64,000 nt of DNA from Haplodiscus bocki (lineage: Eukaryota), in contig OZ296657.1 in NCBI GenBank assembly GCA_965655095.1, positions 33,790,001 to 33,854,000 on the forward strand, given 5' to 3'. Under the pieces are notes generated by a model, which did not search any database, was not told the DNA's origin, and saw only the letters and a program-made list of their open reading frames with translations. Each line of letters opens with the position of its first letter. The stretch's first letter is position 1. Position numbers and translations under genes: made by a program. Of the stretch, positions 24,761 to 37,639 are shown piece after piece.

Positions 24761-27373
24761 CTGAAAAGAAAAGACACCAGGAAAACATTTTCAATGATAA
24801 CCATTTCTTTGGAAGACGTCACAAAAACGTGGCAGCTCTAGAGCTTGCGATGCTATTACTTTAACCGACTTAACGTTAGAACTGTTGTAAGCAACTTGTT
24901 AGCAGTTTCAACAGATTAGAATTTCAAATAATTATTTGTTGAAAATCTCTTTAACGAAAAACCTTTACTACATCTTACAAAAAGAAAATAGATTAAAACT
25001 CGTACAGCTTTAAAAATATCATCAACATAGCGCTGTGAGCTAAAAAAAAGTCTGCTATATACGGATTAGCGATGTACTGGCCAGAAGAGGAAACACAGCG
25101 GTAAACGATATAAAAGAAAATGCTGGCATTGTTCGAAATTGTACTTAAGGCGAAGTATTCGTTTTCATTGGCAGAAATAATGAAGGATACTTCGGCACAA
25201 CCCAGTTTGAAAAAGCTGATTGAGAATTTCGACGAAATGAGCAAGGAGAAAAGTAGTAAGTCTCCTGTTTTTGTCGTTTGGGAAATGAAAGACTTTCAGA
25301 TTTCCAGCTTCCAGAAAAGAAAGAAACATCAGCCTTCAGATATGACAGTATCCACAAACTCGAAGAAGGTTCTTCAGAAAAAATGCCACGAATGCTATGA
25401 TGTATAAAGAAAAGAGCTCGAGATAATTTTTTTTCACGCAAACAGGAAAAAAGTGATATAAATTGCAACACTTTTCGGACAATTTGAATGATTTAGCAGC
25501 CGAGTAAGAATCTGGAGCGCAAACACAAAGTCTAATTAATTCACGAAATTTTATTCTTAATACGAAAAGTATTGCAGTAACAATAAAAAACTTTGAACTA
25601 CTCCGAAATCAGATCCAAGCGAAAAGTTGACAACTCGCAGTTGCGTATAAAGAGGGGGTTCATCAAAGAGTGGTACCGAAGGAGTCGAAAAAATTGCAAA
25701 ACAAAATCAAGATAGTTTGTTCAATCGCAAACGCGAAAGGAAAAAATGTCTGCAAAGCGGATTTGATTTTACCCAAAACTACCTCCAAGTATGCAAAGCG
25801 CTGAAAAAAAGGTACAGTATTACTGGGAATACGCAAGATGCTGTGGAAAAAGTAATGAAAAAGTGGTAATAATGGGAAGTTTTACATCTCGAAACAAAGA
25901 GCAAATTTCGTTGAAGAAGAGTTTTCTGACAAAATTACAAAGAGGAAGCTGATTATACTGTGTTAAACATTATGGGGAAAGCAACGTTCGTTTATTAAGT
26001 CAGTTGAAAGTGATGAGCAAACCTGGATTGACCCACATCGGCCCTGCTTGTACGGCAGAAAATATCCATTGAGTGTCCGTTGTTAGTGGCCAGCTATGAC
26101 CTAACCGACAAAAAGTTGCTGAATTTCACACTTTTCGCTCTTGAAAATTTGCACAGCGTCAAAAATTTAGTCAAAGGACTATTTTGGTACAATATTGACT
26201 GCCTCAGAAAATCATTAATTCGAAAAATACAGGTTTATGGATCTGCTCAAAAATGGTTTTTTATCATTGGTATCGCAGAAAAATTGCGGACGAAGGTCAG
26301 AAAGTTTTCGTTGAAAAAACGTGTTTTCACATTTTTGTGCCGGTTGTACAGGTGAAAAATATAGTATCTGCCTTCTTAAATGACGGCAATTTTGGGATAT
26401 TTGAAATTGACCCCTCCTTTTCGTCGAAAGCACGATGAGAACAAAACAAAAAACCAACTGTAAAAACTATCTATGCGATTTTCGAACTTTTTCTGATTCG
26501 GAGACCCCTATAATAATTTTGCTGCGGGGAGAAAAAATTTTGGATCAAAAATTGCTATTTCTTTGACCACTGCCGGCTTCAGAGAAGTACATCGAGTTTA
26601 ATATAGGGCCATTACAGTGACTAGTTCATGTCAAAGTTATTCGCAAGAAGAATAAAAAGGCAGAGTGTCCAGAAATGGCGTGAAATATTTTGTGGTGAGA
26701 GATTTTCGGCCACCGCTAAAACACTGAGTTGCATTAAGGAGAAAAAGTTTCAAGGCTCGAGGACAAAAGTCCGTCGATGTAATTTCAAAAAGAAATTGAT
26801 AAATGTATAAGATTTTTCTAATTTGAAACAATTTAGATCTTATCTGCATGCTGTAAATAGACAAACTGGTCTCAGTTGTACCTGAGTTATGCTATCCGCT
26901 TCAAAATAGACAAAAAGTGAGAATCGCCGAGCTAAACTATCAGAAATGGTAAAGAAAATGAGTTGACCTATTTCGAAAGGAAAATGCCCTAACGAAAAGT
27001 TTACAATTCACTCAAAAAAGGTTTGGTTAGAGGTATAAGACAATACAAAAATAGTAAATGGGAAGCAGCTGGTTTTGCTTCATTTTTTGGCAGTTTGTGT
27101 GGTGGTTTCAGTAATTTCAGATCATAGACCGGAATTGAGTGTATTGAGCAGTTATAAAAGAAATTTAACATTCTCTAGAAAATAGAGGACGCGGGTCGAT
27201 CGCCTATTGTCACTAGGATACAAAACTAGGCATGAAGCGGTTGGAACGCTAACAATGGCGAATCGTTGGTCGAGAAATCATAACGAATTAAAATGAAACG
27301 AAACGGCAGGCAGCATTGAAAGAGAAGTGAGATTGAGGGAAAGAATGAATGTGAAGCGGAGGGCGCACAAGCA

Positions 27374-27570
27374 TCCCAGTGCTTGGCGTCTTGGTTTTCT
27401 TCCCAAGATCTTGTATATTCTTGAATTTCTTGCCAAGATCTTGGATTTTTTCATTTGTTGCCAAGATCTTGGATTTCTTAGATTTCTTGCCAAGATCTTG
27501 GCAATTAATCTTGCCAAGAAATCCAAGAAAAATCAAGATCTTGCCAAGAAATCCAAGATCATGCCAGTGG
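27374..27570. repeat. Palindromic minisatellite/foldback element built from CCAAGATCTTGG units
   Basis: About six ccaagatcttgg-type palindromes, with orientation flipping around ggcaattaatcttgcc (~27500-27515). Confidence 0.75.
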
Positions 27571-27847
27571 AATTCAGAGAAGAAAATCACAGTTGTTTCT
27601 ATAACTCTAAACTAGGTTTTAAATATTTTTCTAGTTATGTAGAACTGAGACATTCTTTGACTCCGTTTCCTGCATTTTGCAGATTTAACAGAATGTATTA
27701 GTTGACTCCGGTCAAAATTCACAACAACATCCAAACGGAACATGTAAACTAGAGAACATGTTCCTCAAGAACACTTCATAGGCCATTGCAGGCACCATTT
27801 TTTAAAGTTTCGTTTATGGAGTAGTTTTTATAGAAATTCAAAAAACG

Positions 27848-28090
27848 TTTTCAGAACGTTCTACCTGTTGTTTTTTTTTGATTCAGTGATCTGAGTCATC
27901 TTTTGAATGCAAGAAGACGTGACTGCAACAACAATAGCAATTTTGGGAAAGAAGAATTCAGAGAATGCAGTTTTTGTTGGATCTAGGTTTCTGGCACTCG
28001 GTGGGGGAAGCTTGGACAAAACTTTTTCCAACGCAAAATCGTTTTATTTGTATACCTGCAAAAGATCGAAAAAATCACACATTCTGACGT
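27848..28090 (+). repeat. ~240-bp direct repeat, copy 1 (copy 2 at 29098-29340)
   Basis: ttttcagaacgttctac...gagtcatcttttgaa...gaagcttggacaa...aaaaatcacacatt in both copies. Confidence 0.9.
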
Positions 28091-29097
28091 TTCTGTCCAA
28101 AAGAAAATCGTTATTCGGATGCTTTGAAGTACTTTCAGCAAGAATCTGATTTATCCGCTATCTTTGCTAGTGGAACGGTGGAATTTGGCAATTTGGGTTT
28201 TCTAATCCAATTGTAGAATATGGTCATATGATACGTTTCTCAAGGCTATCATTTACTCATGACGCGTCGTCTTGGGAGAAAAACATTTTGTGGCCGTTCT
28301 AATGCAAACAAAAAGCACACATATCATCAAATCTTGGCGAAAAACTTTAAGTTTTTCGGATGAGCTGCTTGTTTGTTGTGTTTCATTGATTTGACCCGGC
28401 TCTTGATTGCAGAGACTTGATTTTAACTTCGATTTCAGTTCTGGGGAAGAAGAATTCAAAGAATGCACTTTTCAATTGGTGATACGAGACAATCATGAGA
28501 CAGTGATTTACCTGATTTTTGTATTTCAACACCTATGGAAGAAACGCATCTAACAAAAAGTTCGGCACAATCTTCTCCATTTTTATTCAAAACATCTGAA
28601 CTAGTTTTCAAATTTGGACTAGCAGTTGATGGTTCCCGTCCACTCAGTTTGGATAATTGTTTGAGAAACAAACGTTTGTTTTTCAAAAAAAACTGTCATT
28701 GTGTTAGAAAACTGCAGCCTCTTCTTAAATCGAATAGTATAATCAACTTTGTGTCGCAATTTATTGTATTCATTCAATTTTAGTTCATTTGGAGAAGAAA
28801 ATAACTCACGATAAAGTTTTTTTCTCTTTTTGAGTAAGTTTTTGATGGAGTTATCAAACCAAGAACAGTTTTTCCGTTTATTCTCTACCTCAGAGTGCTT
28901 CGTTTACTCATCAATTGTTTGTTTGAGTATTTTTACTAAGTGATTGCCATCATCGTTAACACAATCACTCGGGAAGAATGATAGCAACTTTTTTCGAAGC
29001 ATTCAAAAAGTTTAATATTTTCGGCGGGGCTGTAATGAAACGGAAAAGTTTTTGGAAGAGTCTGTCTGATAGAACTTCGAGCAACGGAAAAAACAGC

Positions 29098-29340
29098 TTT
29101 TCAGAACGTTCTACTTGTTCGTTTTTTTTGTTTCGGTGATTTGAGTCATCTTTTGAACGCAAGAAGACGTGTCTGAAAAGTCAAGAGCGTTTTTGGGAAA
29201 GAAAAATTCGGAGAATGCAGTTTTTGTTGGAGCTAGGTTTCTGGCACTCGGTGGAGGAAGCTTGGACAAGACTTTTTCCAACGCAAAGTCAATTCATTTT
29301 TATACCCGAAAAAGATAGAAAAAATCACACATTTGACGGT
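29098..29340 (+). repeat. ~240-bp direct repeat, copy 2
   Basis: Aligns by eye to 27848-28090 with scattered substitutions. Confidence 0.9.
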
Positions 29341-29539
29341 GGAAGTTTGGACCAATATTTTCGTTCCATTATGTTTATTTTTGGCCTCCATTCTATTTCA
29401 ATTTATTTTTTCTTCATTCTTTTTGGTCAGGCCAAGTTGAGATTCAGATAAAAGCACACGCAAGAGTAGCCCCTTTTTTGAGTTTTCAAGGATAATTGCT
29501 TATAAGATATCTATAGATCTTGTATTACTTTGGCGGGCA

Positions 29540-29632
29540 GGACAAAACAGCCGATTTTAATTGAGACAGAACAGCCGATTTCGAAAATGAGACAAAACAG
29601 CCGATTTTAAAGTGGGACAAAATCGCCGGTTT
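29540..29632 (+). repeat. Short tandem repeat, ~25-bp unit x4
   Basis: gacaaaacagccgatttt repeated. Confidence 0.85.
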
Positions 29633-30109
29633 TGTAAAAGAGCGAACTGTCATCAAAATTGTTTCCCTGATAGAAGCGTCTTGGCCTAATTATCGATAAT
29701 TAGCAATTATATTACCAATTACTAATAGAAACTGAAATACCACTAAATGCAATTTCCTTTAATGTTTGCTGGTGTGAAAGCCTAGATTGCAAGCTCGACG
29801 GCATCTCGGTGAGAAAAACTGTGTTCCTTTGCATCGAATGAACGGACTTGTTATATTCAAACGAGCGTCTCTTTATTCCCAAAGATGTCCCTAAATCGAA
29901 TTTTCAACCCTCACATTTGCTAATTCCCGGTGGAGATGGATTGTTGAGAGCAGTAGCAGACACTTGGTACCCTGAAAAAACATGGAGAATTATTGGGAAT
30001 TGCAGAAAATTTCTTGAATGTACTAAAGTAAGCGAAGGAGTAGCATTACAGGTTTCCCTTAGAAAGAAAACCAAAAATTGTTCATTTGTCTCAATTGATA
30101 AACAATCAG

Positions 30110-30314
30110 GGATCTTTTCTGTTAATTCCCCCCCTCCCACAATAGAAGCTCAAAATTTAACTCCCCCCCCACCCACGCAGAAGCGAACTTGTCTCTGATT
30201 GGCTAAAATTCACTCGTGCGTGAGTGAAAACATTACGCCGCTTACTATTTCGCATAACCATTTGGGTGGGGGGAGTTAAATCAGTGGGAGGTGGGGGGAT
30301 TAACAGAAAAGATC
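30110..30314. mobile_element. MITE with ~30-bp TIRs and an 8-9 bp TSD (Mutator/hAT-like)
   Basis: gatcttttctgttaattcccccc / ggggggattaacagaaaagatc; flanking aacaatcag / agcaatcag. Confidence 0.85.
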
Positions 30315-30541
30315 AGCAATCAGTTTCGCGAGAAGAGATGTCTTTGAAACAACCGAAAACTAGGAAAGTAACTGAGTTTTTAACGAATTACACTGCTTTA
30401 TATGGAATTCCAAGAGAGGCAAGAACAGAACATGGGATAGATTTACGAGTGGTCGTTTTAATAAAGTTTGGAGTAAACAATAAAAAATTGTTAAATTTAT
30501 AGTCTATCCAGAGAAGCATCCACGAGGTAATATAAGGTGGA

Positions 30542-31153
30542 TGTCGTGCCGGTTACCCGAGGGGCTAGCTGACGTGTTGTCAGGTCTCGAACCGGTCACT
30601 TCGCTGTTTCCAGCGGATTCCAACTCAGTCCGACTTACCAATAGAGCACATAATTCCTCTACTCGATGGAGAATTGGATCAGTTGCCTGTTCGATTCACT
30701 CATTAACCGACTTGAGCGTTATTTCACTGTTGGAGAACTCGTTCTCATGAGAGTCAATTTCAGGTTCTTCTCTCAGTCTTAAATCAATTGTGTCTGAGGA
30801 GCTGTTGTGCGTTTGAGTACCGGCTTCGGTTTCGTTACTCGTTAACTATGAAAAGTGGTAGTAGACATAATATTATGAATTAACTATTGGATATTGGAGG
30901 TGATGCGTATTTAAGATTATTGTAAATATGGAAGCAGTCGAGATTCTATATTTACAAACTAGACATGTCAGAGTGACGTTAGCGTCAAGTGCAGAGTTGA
31001 ATCGAAGAATAATATCTTTATGAAAGTGAGAGAGGTTGCGTACGCAGCAGTGTTACACGAAGTGTGTCGTTGGTTGTGCTCAAGCAAGGGCTGTGCTTTT
31101 AGTATCGTGGAGGAGCTGTGGCCTAATTGCGGACACACTTAAGTTACGTAACA
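30542..31153 (-). mobile_element. Probable solo LTR with an internal ORF reading to its 3' end
   Basis: Minus-strand termini TGTTACG...CGACA. Frame ...IEQATDPILHRVEELCALL...SPSGNRHD ends at the terminus. No TSD seen. Confidence 0.5.
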
Positions 31154-31584
31154 ATTTGGGTGATTCGAATTAGAGCTCACATTCACACCCGTACTTCACA
31201 TTATTGGCTAGCGCCAATAATCTTTTCAATTGAGGTATTCTAATACCACAATTTGTTTTTCAATTGATCTATATGGTTTTGACGTGTGATGTTGTGATAA
31301 GCTCTCTAATTATATCGTATTTTAAATTCATTGCCAAAAACACTAATTGGCGTCCATGGTATTTATTGCTTGCTTGATTGAATTGAGTTTAAATAATTGA
31401 TCGTGTATTCATAGCACTGAATTAACAAAAACTTAAAATAATTCAGGGAATACGTCTAGCTCACTTTAGATTTATTCCTCTGCTTGTTTAAATAAATTGC
31501 ACTACAGTTAGGTCTGCTAAAGCTTACTCTCCACTTTGCACTATTGCAGCGGTGAATAATGGACATCCGAAAGTCAGGTGTGGT

Positions 31585-31945
31585 ATGGCTCACTCTCGAT
31601 TATGAATTCTGATGATGTTCAATTTTGAATGCGCTTTGAGTGATGTTTATGCCGGCTCACTTTAAACGATGAATTTCATGAATGTTTAATCAAACTGTAC
31701 CTTGGATTGAGGTGTATGTTGGCTCACTCTAAACAATGAATTTCAAAAATGTTTCAACTAATTGCGCAGAAGTGATCCATTTTACGGCTCGCATCCAATT
31801 GTAGAAAAATTTTTGGGGGATGCGGTTGAGTAGCAGTCTGATGATGCGTGGTAGAGCTCATTCACAATAAATGCTTTCTTTTTATGTGAAAGAAATGCGC
31901 TTTAAAGTGAAGTGTATTGCGACTGACTCTAAATTATAAAAACGA
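31585..31945 (+). repeat. Degenerate ~67-bp tandem repeat
   Basis: ggctcactctaaac...gaattt recurring at ~31587, 31654, 31721, 31786, 31855 and 31923. Confidence 0.65.
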
Positions 31946-32539
31946 TGAAGTGCAAAATAACTGCCGTAAAGTAGTGTGTGCTCTACCTCTTTTCTCAATG
32001 AATATCTATTTTATGGATCATGGTGCTTAGCATCAATAGCGTTAATTGAGGCGTGCTTTTTTGTCGATTTCCACACTTATAAATGATACATAATCGCGTC
32101 CATGTCATTGGGAGACGAAATATTTTTACATCTTAGCTTTTATATTGAGTATATGATTGTATACATTGCTGCTTATGTTTTTACATTTTAGATAATGCTA
32201 AATAGAGCTAGATGCTTCATAAAAAAACATAAGCTAAGTGCATAAAATAGTTTTTTAATGAGTATTTCCTTCATACGAGCATGATAGTGGAGAGATTGAA
32301 ACCAACTACAAATGGGTTATAAGTGGGTCATAAATACATAAAAAATTTCGATATTGTTCCGGTTTTGCCACCATACAAAAAACATGGAAGTCATAGGAAG
32401 TCATATATGGTGATCTATCGAAACATTAAAGTCAAAGAATGTCACATAGAGGTCCATGATAACAGAACAAAGTCATAAAAAGACCATTATGTTGTGTGAT
32501 TCAATGCAAGTCTTACATTGTACCATAGTATGGCCATAC

Positions 32540-32900
32540 TATGGAAAAGCATGCGCAAATTTCATACGATTACGATAATGTATCCTAATGAATAAAAATT
32601 TGAGTTGAAATACTCATGAAAAACATTAGATTACAGTGTGAAGTTCAAAACTTCTGGCAATCATATGACTGGGGAACATAATAAAAGCCATCTACGTTCA
32701 TTTTTGGTTGTCTGGAAAGAAAAAGGAAATCTTGTGAAATCCCATTCCCAAAAAGTATAGTCTAAAGTGATGTAGTGTTGGACAAACTAGGACAAAGCTT
32801 TAAGTCTTTCTTTCCTAACAAAAACGTGGAAATTTAAATTCTGAAAGATTCCGACGGGCGTTCCCATTGGCAGGTCTTGAAGTTTTCAAGAGCTTTTAAC
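32540..32900 (+). repeat. Dispersed repeat; inverted homolog at ~51500-51860
   Basis: gtgtgaagttcaaaacttctggcaa and ggcaggtcttgaagttttc match the reverse complements ttgccagaagtttcgaacttcacac and gaaaatttcaagacctgc. Confidence 0.7.
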
Positions 32901-34289
32901 TACTCAAAACTATATAAAAAAGAAGTTGAAAGTTGTTTGTCGAAAAAAAATTCAAGAAAAACATGAAAATCATTGGATGACCATACAAAGTACCATTAAA
33001 GTCATTAACTGGCCATGCAAATTTATGGCTGACCTATTTTCCATACTAAGACCATAGAAAAAAAAACAGGAAACTAATGGCATGAACATAAGCTTTTTTG
33101 TATGGCAGTTTATGGTGCATATTATGATTTGCATGTCACGTCAACCCGGAGTCAGAAAAACTAATAAATTGCCAAGTTTACAAATCGTCTCATGGGCAAT
33201 AGTTTTTCGGAGTCCACTTTGGCAGCAAGTCAAAAATATTTGAGAGAGTAGTAAGCCGAGCACATCATCAAATTATTCCACGAAGGAGCTTTAAGGCCAA
33301 TGGTTTTTCAGAGTATATGCGGCTAATGGCGGTGTTAGGGATTGGTTAGTTGAGTTATCTGACGAACTTCTCTTCTGGTAAAAGCAGTGGTAAACAGATA
33401 AAAGAGGGCTCAGTACTCCTTAACAATTGTATTGCAGTTATCAGACGCTAAGATGGAAGCACAACAGTTGTTCAACACCAACACAACTGACCCTTTCGAA
33501 AGAAAAGTCAACAAATTTCGGACAGATGATCCTTAATCAAATCGCAGCAACGAAGTGAGCACCACTGAAGTAAATTCTAAACTTTGCAAGGAGATGAAGG
33601 AATCTGTAACCAACTGACATATTCAATCGAGGAAACATAAATAGGTAGATAACTTGAAAACCTCTACAATCAAAGCAGAGGTTGAAACTGAAAGAAACAG
33701 TAGAAAAAAACGAGAGCTAGCAGATTTGCAGTGAACAAGTTGAGACGTACATTGAACAAACAGTTTCACTGCTTTTTTAAGTCTCTGGCGCCACCAAACG
33801 GCTTTGTTTTTCTACCTAACTAAAATTGTGAATGTGTTTTCCAAGGTTGACTTGAAGAACCTGCAATGCCAGATGACTGGTTGCGAAAGATTATATTTCG
33901 AAAGATTTCGTCCATATTGCAATAACTTTAGATAACTACTCTTCACTAGACAATAACTAGAGGCGGAAGTTGTTGTGGTAAGAAAAGAACTTGGGATAAT
34001 ACCAATAAATCAATAGGAAAACCTGTGAGAAAAACATGTCAAACCTAGAAACGCACTTCATACTGGTTTGTTGTTGCAAGCAGCAATACCAGAAAAAAAC
34101 TATAGCTGTTCTAAATGCAGCGGTGGTTGGAGGCCATTTTGCATATACTTACAAATGAGTAATGTGTGATAAAACTCTCAGAAAAACTGATGAAAATACT
34201 GCGAATGGTCTAACATTGAAAAGTATTTAGGAATCTTGTTCTCTAAAATCAGACGTGTTTGCTGCAACTAAACGGCAGAGCAAGCAAAG

Positions 34290-35100
34290 AACGTTTTTAG
34301 ATGAAATGTACTCAAAATTTGCAAATATAAAATTGGTTTCAACAAGGCAATTTTAGGACTATTGGATGACAAACGTAATGAGTCTCGATTTGCAAGATAA
34401 ACTTTGGAACACAAAACAATAGAGGATATCGATACCTCGTTGTGGTTGTTGATAAATTCAGTATGTTTGGTTGGACAGTAGAAGTAGAAAAAATGTTTCT
34501 AAACAAAAGAGGACGAGCTTTCAGAGATTCTTTCTACATCGAGGACGTTTCAGGTAATTGAAACCGACCATGAATTCAAAGATTCGTGGAAAATATTTCA
34601 CCAATGCAAAGAATAGGGATTCTAAACGTTGGGCGTTACGTGTCTAAAGGAGCTGGGTTTGCTGAAAGATTTAGGCGAAGTCTTAGAATTCCCTTTGAAA
34701 ACATGTGTTTCAGGGGCGAAATGCTAACGGGCGAGCTAAAAAGCAAGCAATACCTGAAAACTGTAACAACACAATTCATCAATCAATTAAAATGACTCCG
34801 ATTAAAACAACATGCAAAACGAATGCAAAAAAAGTTAGTTTTGATATGCATGTTATTAGGAATATTGAAACCTAAATTTCATAAAAGAGATTTAATTAGA
34901 ACCACTGGTAGAAAATTTGAACTGCAAAAGTGATACAACTAATTGGAACACTGACATGTTTTTGTTGGTTCATACTAACAAATATACTTTTACTAGATAT
35001 CGATTAGATAAATAGCCGGAGTCTGATAAAAAAAAAGCTCATAAAAAGTCAAAAATAACAACGGGTAAAAATAGAAGTGTTATGAAGAATATCCTTTCAA
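34290..35100 (+). pseudogene. Second, older Polinton-type integrase relic
   Basis: FLDEMYSK, AERFRRS, NTIHQSIKMTP, KPKFHKRDLIRT and SDTTNW parallel the integrase at 5100-5946. Confidence 0.7.
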
Positions 35101-36242
35101 AGAAAAATACTTAGTACAAGATATTCACTGGTAATAAACTTTAAAAAACAGGTAAAATGGAAAATTCAGGATGCGTATGTTCTCAAAAGAACCAACTTGA
35201 TAATGGAGACCACATGGACACATGAGCAATTGCCTGAACGATGATTTTTTTAAAAAAAAGTTAGAAACTATTAGAAATTTTAGAACACAAAGGAATGAAA
35301 TAATTTGAAAGTTGGACGATTGAGTTATATACATCTTGCTCTGAGATTGCCTTACACAATTATATCTATACACGCATAAAAGTGCTGCAAAATGTTTTGT
35401 GAAATGCTTACCAAGCAAGGAATGAATTGATGAAATTAACTAAGGGGAATTCAGTGGAATCGAAGGCAAAAAATTGAATGTTTCGAAATAACTTTCTCAT
35501 ATATTGAATAGGTGGTCGTAGTCATTTTTAATTCTTCATACCGATTATGAAGTCTCTTAAGATGAATCACTTCATACTCCAGATGAGGAGTTCATTGATG
35601 ATGAAGATCTCTTCTAGTGCAGCAGAAAGTTGGAGCGGTAAAAATTCCTAATAACTGGTGGTCTATCAATTTAATTTAACTCTCGCTGTAGGACTTAAAA
35701 TTCTTTCCTAGCAAGGTACCAGCAGCTATCTGTCTGGTTTGGAATGGTTTTCGAAAAACTATTGTTATATCCACAAGCAGCGAAGCATTACCGATGATAA
35801 TCTGCCGCTTTTTTATAGCTTTGTTCAGCATAAAATGGCGTTTTGTAATCAATAAAGAATAATTCTTCAATCATTTTATTGAGCTTCTGAAAATAAAAGT
35901 AATAGAATCAGATTGTTATGAAAAAAAACGAGCAGAAAGTACCAAACCTTTTCACCAGGGATGCATCCACAAATACAAGAAGCGTTAATTCAACCCAAAA
36001 ATGTGCGAGAAGAATCAGTTTTCCCAAATGTTCTACGAAAGAAATGTTATTTTTTGCTCAAGCTACTTCCCGACTAGTATCGGTGAGGAAACGATTCTTG
36101 TCAGAAACAAACTAAAAGATATCATGCACCCTTCAATCAAGACGTTGGCACTGTTTTGTTCAGTCATCGCAGTTCGAAAAATGATTCCGAAAAACAATCC
36201 CTCAAAAAAATTGAGATTGATAAGCTATACCGCATTACTTAC

Positions 36243-37620
36243 TATCGCGTTACGCATAACGCTCTAACGTTAATTAATTAAAACATGATTGACTAATGAA
36301 AGCTAACCTTTTGAGGGACTGTCGTTTGATATATAAAAGAAATAGAAAAGCTGAAGAAAATAAATAAAACAATGGAGTTGCATAAATAATTTTTTACAAA
36401 AACTCTAACGCGAGCTTTTTTCCTATTGGCTCCTGCTGCGACAAGCAAAAATCCATGACTGCTACAAGCCTTTTTCCTATTGGTTGCATGAAACGGCAGC
36501 ATGCTGTTATTCTGGAGTCGATCTGGGAAACGGACTTGATCATAACTCGCTTTCCCGCTCAGCGGACGGGACTCCTTACTCCTCTTCTGACTTGCCTTAC
36601 CTTTTTACTTTACTCTTCTTCTCCCTTTTACTTGGAAAAGTTATTCTAAGTCCAACTCCCTTTCTCCCTTTTTCCTCTTGGACGAAAATTTTCTGAATCC
36701 AATTCCCCTTATCTTTCCTCTGGGACAAAAATATTCTAAGTCCAACTTCAATTCCACAAAATTATTCTAAGACAACTCCAAATTCTGTCTTAGCTGCAAT
36801 TTCATTCGCACTTCGCAAAATTATTCTAAGACACTTCCAAATTCTGTCCTAGCCGCAATTTCATTCCCACTCCGCAAAATTATTCCAAGACAATTCCAAA
36901 TTCTGTCTTAGCCGCAAATTCACTCTCATTTCACAAAATTATTCTAAGACAATCCTAAATTCTGTCTTAGCCGCTACATCATTTCAATCCTACAAAATAT
37001 TCTAAGTCCCAATTCTTCCTTACTTAGAAAAATTCCCCTTTCCCTGCTTATTTTACATACTCTTGCCATCGGAGTATAAACGGTCTCCACTGACGCTAGC
37101 TTCGGCATTGGCGTGTGCGGGTTCCGTGGATGAACTTAGGTTCTGAAGCTTGAGTGGATCTTAAATACGCACGAACCCTCACGAGGTTCTTAGGCAAAGA
37201 GAATTGACGTTACTCATAGACCATTCTCAACTCGTCTGCTTCCATGGTCTTTAGAATTTATTCTAAATTGCGAGTTATGGATTAAGAACGCAGAAACCGT
37301 CCATCCTTGATTTCCTTACTTCCATTCCTTGCATTGATTTGATACTTCCTACTCGATTCCTTCGCAAGTCAGGCCAAAAAGAGGAGAGTCCCTGAGTTAT
37401 CAGGAGATCATCCAGCTCCATCAACGGTAACCGTTAGTTAAACAGTTTCCTAGTTCAGACTGAGTAAATCTCTCTGATCAATTTTGACGTTTCATAAATC
37501 CCTTCCGCATTACGCGCTAGACAAACCACTCGGTTTGAAAGAAAGGGAGCTAAGAGAACATCATCAGGTTGCCGCTAAAACGCGAGCTTTTACCTGAGTA
37601 ATAGACAGAAATTAAACCAA
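36243..37620 (+). repeat. 5' LTR plus leader (LTR 3' boundary and PBS not resolved)
   Basis: Homologous to 48356-49612; TATA-like tatataaaag (36329) and gtataaac (37075); CCAAT-type ctattgg boxes. Confidence 0.7.
36757..36992 (+). repeat. 59-bp tandem hairpin array in the LTR (4 units; 2 units in the second LTR)
   Basis: Units at 36757, 36816, 36875 and 36934, each containing ctaagaca-N11-tgtcttag or a one-mismatch variant. Confidence 0.9.
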
Positions 37621-37639
37621 ATCAAACCCCGCCAATAAA

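Noticed and set aside
27278-27701. Four overlapping ORFs on both strands
   Set aside because: By-product of the palindromic minisatellite.
33430-34150. Possible gag/zinc-knuckle remnant
   Set aside because: Too decayed for confident motif assignment.
36757-36992. Palindromic repeat plus spacer array resembling a CRISPR
   Set aside because: The spacers are homologous to one another, there are no cas genes, the context is eukaryotic, and the array is part of an LTR.
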